Assembly (NCBI GenBank): GCA_951406725.2 | Contig: OX597815.1 | Location: forward strand, 160,456,001-160,520,000 | DNA length: 64,000 nucleotides | Direction: 5' to 3' | Source of the DNA: Octopus vulgaris | Taxonomy: Eukaryota | Shown here: in pieces, positions 13,997-27,739 of the stretch | How the letters are laid out: each line of letters begins with the position of its first letter | Position numbering within the stretch: the first letter of the stretch is position 1 | The notes under the pieces: generated by a model | What the model was told of the DNA's origin: nothing | The model's input: only the letters and a program-made list of their open reading frames with translations | Database searches by the model: none | Made by a program: the position numbers and the translations under genes

Positions 13997-14159
13997 GGTG
14001 CAGGAGTGGCTGTGTGGTAAGTAGCTTGCTAACCAACCACATGGTTCCAGGTTCAGTCCCTTCTGTGTGGCATCTTGGGCAAGTGTCTTCTGCTATAGCC
14101 CCAGGCCGACCAATGCCTTGTGAGTGGATTTGGTAGATGGAAACTGAAAAAAGCCTGTC

Positions 14160-14205
<46 letters not shown>

Positions 14206-14420
14206 ATGTGTGTTTGTCCCCCTAGCATTGCTTGACAACCGATGCTGGTGTGTGTACGTCCCCGTCACTTAGCGGTTCGGCAAAAGAGACCGATAGAATA
14301 AGTACTGGGCTTACAAAGAATAAGTCCTGGGGTCGATTTGCTCGACTAAAGGCGGTGCTCCAGCATGGCTGCAGTCAAATGACTGAAACAAGTAAAAGAG
14401 AGAGAGTAAAAGAGAGTAAA
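13997..14420 (+). mobile_element. SINE family A, reference copy
   Basis: A-box-like tggctgtgtggtaa, B-box-like ggttcagtccc, CORE-like tgggcaagtgtcttc, internal (TA)/(TG) tract, gtaaaagag tail. More than 20 full or partial copies in the window. Confidence 0.9.
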
Positions 14421-15069
14421 TGTAGATTCTGAACTTAAGTTAAAAAAACTGAAAAATAAAAACTTGCAGGCCATGTGACATAAAAGGTAATTTGTTCTTT
14501 CTTGATGATTATGTTTCAGATGTTAAGGTAGTGGGTAAATAGCTACAGATCAGAAGATTTTTTCATTTATTTGTTTCTTTGTTTTTGCTTTTATTAATGC
14601 AAATTGGCTAAAATTCTATTGAATTCTCATGCTAAAACAAATCCATTTTTTTAGTTGGGCTATGAGGCTGTAATGTGTCTCATTAGAAATGTCTACCGGT
14701 GTACAGCCTATCAGTCAGAGACAACAATGCATAAAACTACAATTATAAGATGTTTTATGAACATGATAAATAATGTAATTGTTACCTTATCAAGGTTCAA
14801 TCTAATCAATAAGAGGTTAATAATAGAAGAAAGTACATTACTATTCCCAATTAAAGGATAATACTTGGTCAAAGGAAATTATACACCTCAAGGCAAGGTT
14901 GACACATTTTCATCATACACTAATAAGTATTTTCTGTAGGATTTTATAATCAGTAGTCTTTATGTGTACAACTAGTGCAAATCTGCAAATGAACTTGGTT
15001 ATGTGAAGGTTATGGAGAAATGTATTTACCTAGGAAAAGATTAATTGCCAAATATTTTCTTGACTTATA

Positions 15070-15512
15070 TATAATGAAGTTATTGTATACCGTGCTCGGG
15101 TGCACCACAACTTGTCAAAAGTGCATATAAAGCATATGCAGTAATGAACAAATGTTTGGAAAGTGAACAGTGTATGAGTCAGATACATGCTTGCGTGTGT
15201 ATGGAGGGGAGAAAATCAGGTGTAGTGTTGGCGAATCTCAGGAAGCATGGAAGTTTTTAAGGATGTAGTGCTCCGACAACTAACAAGATGCCTGCAGTTT
15301 GTTCCATACTTAAGCAACTCTTAGCGTGAAAAAATGTTTCCGAAAGTCATGGGAGCTGTGCTGTTTTCTGACTTTGTAAACATGTCCATGGGTGTTAGAC
15401 ACGTGGAGTTTGAAAAGGTGCTCAGAGTTATTGTTTGTAAGATGGTTAATAATTTTATGGGTGTCTTCCAAGTCAGCTGCCAGACGTCGAAGTTTCAATG
15501 TATACATGCCCA
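15070..15512 (-). mobile_element. 5'-truncated CR1-group LINE (ORF2 C-terminus + 3' UTR)
   Basis: LKLRRLAADLEDTHKII...NTHGHVYKVRKQ...RKHFFTLRVA matches the CR1 ORF2 terminal pattern L--RR--DL---YKI...TRGH--K...R--FF--RV. Confidence 0.8.
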
Positions 15513-15844
15513 TGGATGGGTCAAAAGTAAAGCAGATTTTCTGCCAAATCTTTTCAGCTTAGAATTAGTTAAAATTCCAATCAATTAGCTGACTTGTAGT
15601 ATCAGATGTTCTGAAAGTGTACAGAAATATGGTGGAGTGATGCAGTGATTAGGTAATCAAGTCATGACAAAGGTAATAAAAGCTCAGTAATTGCTAGATT
15701 TAGAAGTGGGGAATGAGGTAAAATGTGACTGAAAACTTGGTGTAACATATAGGGATACAGATAGGTATCCCTATAAATGTTATGGGTTCAGGTAATTCAG
15801 GAACAAAAGAAGAATTCTGCCTTTACATTAGCTGTGTGGATCTC

Positions 15845-16064
15845 TCTTTACTCTTTACTTACTTTTTTATTCGTTTCAATCATTTGACTGTGGCCATGCT
15901 GAAGCACCACCTTTAGTCGAGCAAATCAACCCAGGACTTATTCTTTGTAAGCCTAGTACTTATTCTATTGGTCTCTTCTGCCAAACTGCTAAGGTACGGG
16001 AACATAAACACACCAGCATCGGTTGTCAAGCGATGTTGGAGGGACAAACACAGACACACAAACA

Positions 16065-16128
<64 letters not shown>

Positions 16129-16277
16129 CACACATATACGACGAGCTTCTTTCAGTTTCCGTCTACCAAACCCACTCACAAGGCTTTGGTCAGCCTGAGG
16201 CTACAGTAGAAGACACTGAACCTGGAACCATGTGGTTGGTAAGCAAGCTACTTACCACACAGCCACTCTTGCGCCTG
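15845..16277 (-). mobile_element. SINE family A
   Basis: Reverse copy with a small deletion in the head. Confidence 0.9.
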
Positions 16278-16279
16278 TA

Positions 16280-17260
16280 GATATGCATGAGAAAATTTAC
16301 ACCATATCAATATGTGGCAACCAGTAATGTACTTGCAGTTTGAAGAATGACTTGTGTTGGTCCCTCATTACAATAGAGAATAAATAAAATAAACGATAAC
16401 ATCACAACAGCATCAACTATGAAATGTGTATTTGTTGATTTGTTGCAGACATAAAATAGGCATCTTGGTTGCCATTAATCTCTGGTTGAGAGAAGGAACC
16501 TCACTGAAAGGAGCAAGGCTTGGTTGAGCAGCAAGCATGCAGGCCAAATCTGCAGTAGAACTAATATTTCTATCTGGCAGACTGAGACGTACTAGATCTG
16601 TTAGAATGTCCACCTGAAGAATTTTCTAGATCTGTTGTAAGATGTAGCCATTCAACAAGCTTTGTCTATCATCTGTAATTTCATGGTAAATACTTGTATC
16701 TGTAATGGTTGTATGACCTGTGCATAAAGAGCTGAGATATCTGAAAGACAAGAAGCTGCTTTCAGGTCCAATATTTGCAACGGAAGATACAAGACACTTT
16801 CACAATAAATTCAGCCAGTAATGTCAGCTGATCAATAATAGTACTTCTATTCTTAATAGATGCAAATATAGATCTGGTGTGAACAGGAAGATATTCAGAA
16901 AAAGCTATTTGAAGCATGTTCTTCTCTAAAGAACTGTTACCAAAGAGGACACCTTATTCAACATAACAGTTGGGTGACTTTTTGTCTCCCATTTCCTCTA
17001 AGATAAGAACTTGGTGAAGCTTTTACATGTTCCATGTTGTCATAATTCACAGAGCCTTGTGGGATAGCAGTAAGAGCCTGAAATTCTTGAATGATGACTT
17101 GTGGAAGTGAACCAGCTCAGATTGCACTGTGGGTAGCATTCTTATTTGTCGTAAAATGGATGTAAATTTGATTAAACTAGAGAATAGGACAAAATGATCA
17201 AAATGACGGACTGTAGCACAGGAATTTCTGCAGGAGACACAGATAGTGCTCTTCAACTAT
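16280..17260 (-). mobile_element. Decayed Ty3/Gypsy gag-protease remnant
   Basis: Frameshifted minus-strand peptides KLHQVLILEEMGDKK, IFASIKNRSTIIDQLTLLA (invertebrate Gypsy gag pattern ELGDRKPSQLL...LA-LAD) and FIVDA / ILQTAS...VATY (protease-like). No LTR seen. Confidence 0.55.
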
Positions 17261-18148
17261 AAGTCATGTTACAGGCATCTGACAATACTTATGTTCTAAA
17301 TATTATCAAGTTCTATTACAAAGTTGCTGTGTATTGAAAGAGTCAGGTTTACCAGATTAACATAATTGTTAAAATTGTTAAAAGGATGATAAAGAACGAG
17401 AATGGTAAAGAGAGATAAGACAAGAAAAAAAAAAGAAAGAAAGAAAGAAGAAATTTGAGTATCAGAATTATTAAATCATGCTGAATGAAGAAATATCATG
17501 GTCACAATGGATCTACAGAGAACATGTTCAATGAAAAAGAACAGCACCATTAAGCAGCTAAAATTCTTTACTGGTATAAAGAAATGAAGAACCACTTGGC
17601 AAAGTTAGTATTTACAGACGTATGATTAAAGGCAAAAATGTCTGAAAATTCACAACATAAAATTTATTATCAATGGGGGTTTAATGCATTGTCTATAAAA
17701 GATAGAATAAGAATTGTTTTTATATGTGATTTTTTTTTATATATGATGACATTATGTGAAGAAATGGCAGTGTGTGTGTGTATATATATATATAGTAACT
17801 GTGAACAAGCTATGAACAAAATTATCTTTCTGAGATGAGAAAGTGTATACATGTATAAAGTCTAAAATGTATGCATTACAAAGTGTATATGTGTTATTTG
17901 TGAGAATACATGGCACATGTGATAATCAAACTTCCAACTTACATAGACTTATCTAGCAGTTGTACATATCACATGGCCATAAGTGGTGGCATGACTGTGT
18001 GATATGAGGTCCTACAGCATGGTACCTTGGAAATGTGTCTTCTTCAATATCCCCAAGCTGACATTAGGAGTTGATTTGGCAGATGAAAACTGAAAGAAAC
18101 CCATCATATCTATATCTCTGTCTGTCTGTCTGTCTGTCTGACTGTCTG

Positions 18149-18193
<45 letters not shown>

Positions 18194-18299
18194 ATATATA
18201 TATATATATATACATACCTACACATATATATATATGTATATATGTGTATATATATATATATGTATGTATAAATGTATATATATATATATATATTGTTAT

Positions 18300-18570
18300 A
18301 TTTCGGAATGGTCATATTGCCAGTTTAGCCAATAAAAACACACGCACTATATATTTGGTGTTATTTTGCTTCAGTGATATTTATTTTTTACATTAATCTT
18401 AATCTTATTTCGGCCAAAGTTCTTTCGTCACACTCCTGTGACCGCATCATCAGTTTCCTTTGTCTTCTCTTCGTCAGCCATTTTGTATTTCTTAGAAATA
18501 AAATCTACGTTATAAGACAATTAAAAAAAACTTGTCAAAGATTGAAAAATTAAGATTATGTAAAATAAAT
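18300..18570 (-). mobile_element. Probable Penelope-like pseudo-LTR fragment in a (TA)n tract
   Basis: Minus strand: CTGATGA-tgcg-gtcac(aggagt)gtgac-GAAA, then AATAAA. Stem I is poor. Confidence 0.45.
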
Positions 18571-18722
18571 ATTTCTATATAGTTTATAATATATATCAAT
18601 AATAATAATAATACTAATATATATATATATTTATATATATATATATATATATAAATATAATACTAACCTCACTTGTATCTAAAGATTAACAATATCTTAA
18701 ATTAAAAAATTTAAAAAATATT

Positions 18723-18764
<42 letters not shown>

Positions 18765-18842
18765 AATATACAAATAATATAATATATATATATATTTATT
18801 ATATATATATATATATAAATATGTGTGTGTGTATGTGTGTGT

Positions 18843-19080
18843 AGAGGCGTGTGGCTTAGTGGTTAGGGTGTCAGCATCATGATCGTTAGATTGTGGTTTC
18901 AATTCCTGAATCGAGGAACACGTTGTGTTCTTGAGCAAAACACTTCATTTCACTTTGCTCCTGTCCACTCAGCTGGCAAAAATGAGTGACGCTGCAATGG
19001 ACTGGTGTCCCATCCAGCTGGGGAAAACATACGCCATTGAAGCCGGGCCCATGAGCCTTGCTAGGCTTCAAAAGGGCGCA
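18843..19080 (+). mobile_element. tRNA-headed SINE, family D
   Basis: tggcttagtggttag A-box, gtttcaattcc B-box-like, ttgagcaaaacacttc core; collinear with 40058-40310 and 63566-63790. Confidence 0.85.
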
Positions 19081-19132
19081 TTTATATATATATATGTATA
19101 TATATACATATACATACATATATATATATACA

Positions 19133-19190
<58 letters not shown>

Positions 19191-19764
19191 CATATACATA
19201 TATACGACAGGCTTCTTTCAGCTTCCGTCTAACAAATCCACACCCAAGGCTTTGGTTGGCCTGAGGCTATAGTAGAAGACACTTGCCCAAGGTGCCACGC
19301 AGTGGGACTGAACCCGGAACCATGTGGTTGGTAAGCAAGCAACGTACCACAGAGCCACATCACACATACATACATACACACATATATATATACACATGTG
19401 TGTCTGCGTGTGTGTCTGTGTAGTATTTGTCATACACTACCACATGACAACCAGTGTTGTTTTGTTTCCATCCATTCAGCAAAGGAGACCAATAGAATAA
19501 GTATCAGACTTAAAAGCAAATTATGAGGTCAATCTGTTTGACTAAACTCCTTAAGGCAGTGCCCCAGCATGGCCACAATCCAATGACTGAAACAAATAAA
19601 AGTGGGGAAAACATTGCAATGATCTATGCAGGAACATTTGCTGCATTCATAACACCAAAACGAAAGATGCAGACTGGTTACCAAAACTACTGTTAGCTGA
19701 CCATGTGCTGTCAATAATGACGGTTAATTGAAGTATCATATATATAAATTGTAGTATTATTCTT

Positions 19765-20160
19765 TTTCTTTCTTTTATTCATTTCAGTCATTTTGACTGC
19801 GGCCATGCTGGAGCACCGCCTTTAGTCGAGCAAATCAACCCCAGAACTTATTCTTTGTAAGCCTAGTACTTATTCTATCGGTCTCTTATGCTGAACTGCT
19901 AAGTTACGGGGATGTAAACACACCAGCATCAATGTCAATCGCTGTTGGGACTCACACATGCACAAACATATACACACACATACATACATATATATATATG
20001 ATGCTTCTTTCAGTTTCCATTTACCAAATCTGCTCACAAGGCTTTGGTCGGCCCAGGCTATAGTAGAAGACACTTGCCCAAGGTGCCACACAGTGGAACT
20101 GAACCTGGAACCATGTGGTTGGTTAGCAAGCTACCTACCACACAGCCACTCCTGTGCCTA
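19765..20160 (-). mobile_element. SINE family A
   Basis: Full-length reverse copy. Confidence 0.9.
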
Positions 20161-20169
20161 TTATCCCAT

Positions 20170-20420
20170 AATTTATATATTATATAGTATCATATATATA
20201 AATTGTAGTATCATATATATATTATATATTATATAAATTCTTGTATCATATTATATATATTATATAAATTGTAGTATTATATATATATATATAAACTGTA
20301 GTATCATATATTATATATATTATATAAATTATAGTACTAATTGTAGTATCATGTATATTATATATTATATAAATTGTAGTATTATATATATAAATATATT
20401 ATGTACAATATAAGATACAT
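20170..20420. repeat. AT-rich minisatellite with unit core ataaattgtagtat(c/t)ata
   Basis: About 7 imperfect units; one more unit at 19733-19760 on the far side of the SINE. Confidence 0.8.
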
Positions 20421-20914
20421 AATAATCACACATACAAACAGTCACATTCTTCCCTTGTACATGCACACACATACACACATATACACACACAGAGTTGAAA
20501 TGCTGATTATTTTCACCCTTTCCTTCCTTAATTATTTATCCCCCCTTCCTTTCTCTCATTGCTATTTCCTCCTCTCACTCCCTCTCAGTCAGGGCTATTA
20601 CTCTCAGTACATCTCCTTCACTGAATTATTATTTTCTCTCCTCCTCCACATCGAGCATGATTCTGGGCAAAATATATAACAAAACGTTATGCTTATTATT
20701 ATATTAGGAGATAGAAAGCCTGAACCATGTGGTTGATCCATGAGCTTCCAAGTATGGAATACAACCAAATATAAAGCTGCCTGTGTGACAAATGAACAAA
20801 GTAAGATGTGGTCACTGTGTGCAAACAACATATTTTAGTGTTGACAGGTGATGGTTAAATTTATCAGGATATATTAGGAAAATAGTGAGAAAGACAGAAT
20901 AGGAATTACCCTAC

Positions 20915-20922
20915 CATACATG

Positions 20923-20953
<31 letters not shown>

Positions 20954-20975
20954 ACATGTACACACATACACACAC

Positions 20976-21030
<55 letters not shown>

Positions 21031-21610
21031 TGTAAACACACATACACATGTATATATGCATGCACATGTACATGTGTACATGCACACAAGCACACACATA
21101 CATACATATGTGTACACACACAAATACACACACACGTGTGCACACACATATGCACACACATGCACACACACACACATATACACACACACATGTATGCACA
21201 AACTCACACATGCCAAATCTACCACATGCATATACGTACACATACACACACTCATGCAAGCACATACATAAACACCTACACACAAATAATCATATTCAAG
21301 CACACATACACACAAGTGCACACACACACACACATATATATATACACACACACATATGTAAACACACAAACATGTACACACACACCCACATGTACACACA
21401 CATCCACACACATGTACACACACACAAACACCCACACACCCACATGTGCACACACCCATATGTACACACACACAACCACACACATCCACACACATGTACA
21501 CACACACACAAACACCCACACCCACATGTACACACACACAAACACCCATACACCCACAGGTACACACACACACACACACAAACCCACATACACATATATT
21601 CACACATACT
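20915..21610. repeat. ~700-bp compound (CA)n/(TA)n tract with recurring acatgtacac and aaacaccca motifs
   Basis: Seen directly; source of several His/Thr and Cys/Val pseudo-ORFs. Confidence 0.95.
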
Positions 21611-21974
21611 TACAGATTCAACAATTGCATGCTTAATTGATTTTAAGCTCAACATGCAACAGTATCACGTAATCATTACTTTTGCAATAAAAATTCTCAT
21701 TTTTCATCCTTTCCGTCAATGCACCCAAAACAGAGGTCGCAAAGTACATTACACTGGTGAACTGACAGAATTATCCGAAGAATTGAACAATATCAGTAGC
21801 TTGTAATTCTTCATAAACACATAATACATAATATATATATCCCTGCGGCAAGATATTTGATGAAAATATCAATAACACTTTGATTTATATCCAAAGCAAG
21901 ACATGTCATCATAACTCGAATTGAAGATGACATATGACATGTTAAACTCCTACTTCGTGGATAAAGGGGATATC

Positions 21975-22245
21975 TTTTATCTTTTATCTCTTATGCATCT
22001 CAGTCATTAGACTGTGGCCATGCTGGAGCACCGCCTTGATGTGTTTTAGCCAAACGCATCGAGTCAAGTACATTTTCTTTTGTTCCTTTAAACCGGGTAC
22101 TTATTCTCTCTCAGTATCTCTCTCTGAACTGCTAAGTTATGGGGCTGTAAACACACCAACACCGGTTGTCACATGGTGCTAGGAGACAAATACCGACATG
22201 AAGACACATATACACACACATACACTCATATAAATATATGTATAT
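21975..22245 (-). mobile_element. 3' half of SINE family A
   Basis: Tail domain present; ends in the CA/TA tract. Confidence 0.75.
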
Positions 22246-22249
22246 ATTC

Positions 22250-22294
22250 ACAGTCTGCTGATACCTTAGCTGGCTGAAACTTTGAAGTCACTGT
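22250..22294 (+). ncRNA. Minimal type-I hammerhead ribozyme motif (decayed)
   Basis: acagt-CTGCTGA-t-acc(ttagct)ggc-t-GAAACTT(tg)AAGT-C-actgt: perfect 5-bp stem I, 4-bp stem III, GTC site; A6 changed to C. AATAAA at 22318. Confidence 0.7.
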
Positions 22295-22427
22295 CAATAG
22301 CATTTTCATATAAGAATAATAAATCTGTACATCTACAAAAGTCTAGAGTAACCCATCAGATTAATGTAAAATTACTTTTATTATAACTGAATATAAAAAC
22401 AAACATTAATATAAGAAAATATATATA

Positions 22428-22593
22428 GGTGCAGGCATGGCTGTGTGGTAAGAAGCTTGCTTCCCAACCACATGGTTCTGGGTTCAGTCCCACTGCATGG
22501 CACCTTGGGCATGTGTCTTCTACTATAGCCTCAGCCCAACCAAAGCTCATGAGTGGATTTGGAGATGGAAACTGGAAAATACTCATCGTATAC

Positions 22594-22625
<32 letters not shown>

Positions 22626-22855
22626 GTGTATGTGTCATTGTGTCTGTGTTTGTCCCTCCACCACCACCACCACTTGACAACCGGAGTTGGTGTGTTATGT
22701 CCCTGTAACTTAACAGTTCAGCAAAAGAGATCGATAGCGTAAGTACCAGGCTTATTAAAATAAGAGTCCTGAGGTTGATACATTCAACTATAAATTCAAG
22801 GTGATGCTCCAGCATAGTCGCAGCCTAATAACTAAAGCAAGTGAAAGATAAAAGG
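22428..22855 (+). mobile_element. SINE family A
   Basis: Full-length copy. Confidence 0.85.
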
Positions 22856-23512
22856 CACATGGATATATATATATATATAGCTACATGGTTTCAGGTTCAG
22901 TCCCACTGCGTGGCACTTTGGGTAGGTGTCTTCCACTATAGCCCCGAGCCGACCGGAGCTTTGTGATTGAATTCGGTAGGTAGAAGTTACTGCCGTGTGT
23001 GTATGTGTGCGTATAGCTGCTCAGTGCCTCTCCGAAAGAGAGAGAGAGGGATATATATATATATTTATATATATAAGATGAGCTTTTTATATACATATAG
23101 ATTTTCAAATTTTAACATCTTCCTTTCTCCAGCGTTGAAAAATTTTTTGAGTTTCTATAGAATAACTTTCCATAAATTATCATAACGCACCATATACATG
23201 TAATAATTTCATATTCGTAAAAATCTTAGGCCAGTAAGCTACCAACAAAATATGAAGAATCTTTGTTAGAAATCGTCCTTTGGAACCCTCCAAAGTAAAG
23301 GATGAAATAGAATTCAACCTTTTCACAAACACACACGTTTTTTACAGATTCTTTCTACAAATTCACTCATAAAGTTTCTGTCAGACTGAGGGTAATAGTA
23401 GAAGTCTTTTGTCCAAGGTGCCATGAAGTAGGACTGAACCTGCAACCATGTGGTAGGGGAGTAAACTTCTTACCACTCACCCATATCAGTATCTATATCA
23501 CAAACATTACCT

Positions 23513-23742
23513 ATTTCTTTATTACCCACAAGGGGCTAAACACAGAGGGGACAAACAAGGACAGACATAGGTATTAAGTCGATTACATAGACCCCAGTGC
23601 GTAACTGGTACTTAATTTATCGACCCCGAAAGGATGAAAGGTAAAGTCGACCTCGGCAGAATTTGAACTCAGAACGTAACAGCAGACGAAATACCGCTAA
23701 GCATTTCGCCTGGCATGCCAACGTTTCTGCCAGCTCGCCGCC
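23513..23742 (-). mobile_element. SINE family B, long-tail subtype (B2), with TSD
   Basis: Flanked by tatcaca(a/g)acattacct; tail ttgtttgtcccctctgtgtttagccccttgtgggtaataaagaaat. Confidence 0.9.
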
Positions 23743-24169
23743 TATCACAGACATTACCTGTCACTAGAATGGCTCTGAATAACAGATAAATAGCCCTCAA
23801 ATCACATCCTATTATTCTCAGTGAAGAACACGCTGGATGAATGGTCTTGGCTTCCATACAAAAAGGTAAAAAAAGAGATGATCATTGTAGGAAAGCTTTT
23901 GATTAATGGTTGCCTCAGTAAAATCTGATCAGGAGCCAAACAACTACAAAATAAAACCACAGCTACCAGCACTGTACCACCACCATCGTCGTCATCATCA
24001 TCATCATCATCATCATCATCAATTTCATTGTGATCATCACAGAGTCACAGGTGGAGTTCCACCTCGTCATGTTGGGGACAACCAGCCTCCTCCCCCACCT
24101 CAGTGTAGATTCTGTTTACTGTCACAGTGATGCAGTCTTGCTGGTTCCAGTGGGCACATGCCTTGGCCA

Positions 24170-24729
24170 TAGTAGCCCTGAAGGGTCTCTTGAACACTGC
24201 ACTCTTTTTACCCTTTTCTGGTTCCAAAAGCATTTAAAAACCTAAAAATGGGTCAAAACTATGAACTCAGCCCTTTTTAGTTCTTTTAAAAGTAAAAATT
24301 ATAAAATCAGCATTTCTTAACACTAAAGCAAAAAAAAAAAAAACGTGTAATTTTGGGGTTCTGAAGCCCTTAAAAAGGTCAAAACAGCTGATTTTATAGT
24401 TTTGGCACATTTTAAAGGTGTTTTAAGAGGTTTTAGAGCAAAAACTGATTTTGAGTTTTTTTTTCTGTAATTAAAAATTATGTTAACAGTTTATCTATAA
24501 CTTCCTTTACATTCTTAAGGAATTAACTGATTAACAGAAGTTAAATGTAACAGAAATTAATTATTCCACAGGAGTGGCTGTGTGGTAAGTAGCTTGCTTA
24601 CCAACCACATGGTTCTGGGTTCAATCCCACTGCATGGCACCGTGGGCAAGTGTCTTCTACTATAGCCTTGGGCTGACCAAAGCCTTGTGATTGGATTTAG
24701 TAGATGGAAACTGAAAGAAGCCCGTCGTA

Positions 24730-24782
<53 letters not shown>

Positions 24783-25090
24783 ATATGTATTTGTGTGTCC
24801 AACATTGCTTGACAACTGATGCTGGTGTGTTTACGTTCCTGTAACTTAGCAGTTCGGCAGAAGAGAGCGATAGAATAAGTACTAAGCTTCCAAAAGAATA
24901 AATCATAGGTTCGATTTGCTTGACTAAAGGCAATGCTCCAGCATGGCCACAGTCAAATGACTGAAACGAGTAAGAGTAAAAGTATTCCAATAATGATTTC
25001 CAAATTTAACTTTAAAAGTTAAATCATTTATGAAAATGTTAACTTCGTTAATTAACGATTAACGGATTAACGATTTGGTGCCCAGGTTTG
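24170..25090. mobile_element. One end of a DNA transposon/MITE with ttaac(g) subterminal repeats, split by a SINE
   Basis: Repeated ttaac/ttaacg motifs on both sides of the SINE, ending in gtgcccaggtttg. The other terminus was not found. Confidence 0.45.
24568..24982 (+). mobile_element. SINE family A
   Basis: Full-length copy flanked by tattcca. Confidence 0.9.
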
Positions 25091-25629
25091 AACACCAGTA
25101 TGCTGATGTTTGATTTATTTTACATGCTGACATAAGTTTGACTCAGCATATTAATTTTAAATTGTGGCATAAGGCCTAAGGCCAGAAACTTCAGGAGAGC
25201 AGATAAGTCGATTACATCAACCCCAGTGCTCAAATGGTACCTATTTTATCAACCCTGAAAGGATGAAAGGCAAAGTCAACCTCGGCAGCATTTGAATTCA
25301 CAATGTAAAGGTAGACGAAATACTGCTAAACTTTTTGCCCAGCGTGCTGAGAATTCTACCAGATCACCACCTTAGTTGGACATAGCATATTGCTAGGTGT
25401 CTCATTTTTTTATCATGTCTTACACATATACACTCCACATCACTCACAACACTTTTCTTTTCACCTTATTTTATTCAATACTCATTCACATGAGGGCATC
25501 TATTTTACTATGGAAGCCTTGACTGTACACTCCAGCTGATACCTTTAATCTCATTCCATTCACTTTGCTCACTTATACTCTGTCACTCATGCAAATTCCC
25601 ATTAATCTTTTTGTTATCATACTTCTAGT

Positions 25630-25812
25630 TAAATACACTGTCATTGTTTTGATTAATTTTGAAGATAATGAAGAATAACTTCATGATTAAGCTATTGTTT
25701 AAAACAAATCTACATGAACGGTTTAAACTTAGATTGCTTTAAGCCAGGAAGTTTGTATCACAGAACCAAGGCCAGTCTTAAACTGGTTGGTATCGATATC
25801 AGAAGGGTTAAA
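25630..25812. mobile_element. Decayed piggyBac-like MITE
   Basis: Ends in aagggttaa; reverse-similar to 57310-57529. Confidence 0.5.
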
Positions 25813-26920
25813 CTTTCAATACATTATGTTTGTGTCATTTAACTGTAATAGACCATCAGCATTCAATTTCCTTATCTCACGATCATGCAACATCACACTT
25901 CTTGTATATCTTCCATGCAATTTCTTTTGCCTAAAGTGTAAAGAGAGAAACCTGTATTGTCAATAAATATTGTCAATAAACACACTGGTCACTGAACCTG
26001 CTAGAAATAGCACTTACATCTTCATTTTGGATGAAAACACCAAAATGGAGACGATCACCATTCCTCCATGTGATTGACTTAAAAAATTGTGAAGATATTA
26101 AGATATTTTCTTAACATGAAACCAATGGTAGCCTTAATACCCAAATAAAAAAATTTTATTCCTCAATGTCATGTTCACTCATTCTCATAGTTCAACATCT
26201 ACATTTATATTTATTGTCAATGAAACTGAACTTTTCTCGAAGTGCATACCTGCTAGAACTTTTATTTCTTGAAAAGAAAACTCAACATCAGAATTTAAAA
26301 CTTTCAAACATGCTCTGATTTTTCTTCTTGGAAGAAATGTCACAGGTAGTATGAAATTAGAGCCCCTATTTATGTATCAACTCCAATTAAATTAAATGCA
26401 AATAATATTATTAAAGGGCTGGCTCTTCTAGAGGAAGGTCTGTAAGTTTTTGCTAATAACAACTTCAATCATGACTATCAACATAAAAATTACAAGAGAA
26501 GTTTACAATGGCCTCAGTTACTGTTTTCTCCATTAGAATTTTGACTAAACCATTTATGTGTGTTATGAAATATATTTGGCTGAATATTACATTTTCCCCG
26601 TGTATTTTAAAAAAAAAAAAAATATGTTACCATGTTTAAATGATATTGTTTCTTTTTTTACTTTATTAAAATTTCAGGAGTGAATATTATCTTAGAAGCC
26701 ATGTTTGAAGTATTTGGTTGTGAAAGAATATAAAAAGGATAGATTAGCAAATTAAAGCCTTTTGTTTTTTTTCCTTTATGCTTGAAAAATTCTAGTTATT
26801 GAAAGTTTGCATCTCAATGTGCATATTTCCACAAACATTTCATTCAGTTTTGCATGTAATCCAACAAATATTTTTAAGTCACATGAATGTCCATAAACAC
26901 ATTTTCCAATGGCAAATCTA

Positions 26921-26972
<52 letters not shown>

Positions 26973-27739
26973 GTAATTATAATGATAATAATAATAATAA
27001 TGATTTCAAATTTTGGTACAAGGCCAGCAATATTGAGTCTATTGAGCCCAAATGGATGAAGGCCAAAATCAACTCTGGAGGCATTTGAACTCTGAATGTG
27101 AAGATGGACAAAGTGCAGCAAAGCATTGTGCCCAAGTGCTCTAACGATTTTGCCTACTCACTTAATAATAATAATAATAACAATAATAATAATTTATATT
27201 ATAGGCAAGAGACCTCAAATTTTGGTAGAGGTAGCTAGTCGATTACATTGACCCTAGTACTAGATGGGTATTTATTCTATTGACCCTGAAAGGATGAAAG
27301 TAAAAATGATCTCGGTGGAACTTGAACTCAGAATGTAAAGAGCTAGATAAACTGCTAAACATTTTTCTTAATCAATTTTACCAGCTCACTGAGATGAGAG
27401 ATGAAAGCTCTAATTATAACCACTCAAAAACATGTCATTAAGACAAATCTGATTAAGGCAAAGATCAACAAATATCAGTCAGAGAGCAAATGCAGAATCT
27501 GCAGAAAAGGAGATGAAAGTGTTAATCAGTGAACTCAGTAAGCTAGCACCACAAAAAGTACAGGCATAACTCTATTTAATAGAGTGTATTGGGGTGTTTG
27601 CCTTGTGAGTATCTTTGAAAAGACAGGAAAGCTGTATGACCAAGAACCAGAGGCTGTGATAAAGAAAAAGAATTACAGGAGGTATGGGATGTCCCTCAAA
27701 AAAACTGATCATACTATTGAAGTAGGAAGATCAGATATG

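Noticed and set aside
20874-21806. Long ORFs of 100-250 aa rich in His/Thr or Cys/Val
   Set aside because: Translations of a (CA)n/(TG)n tract that lacks stop codons.
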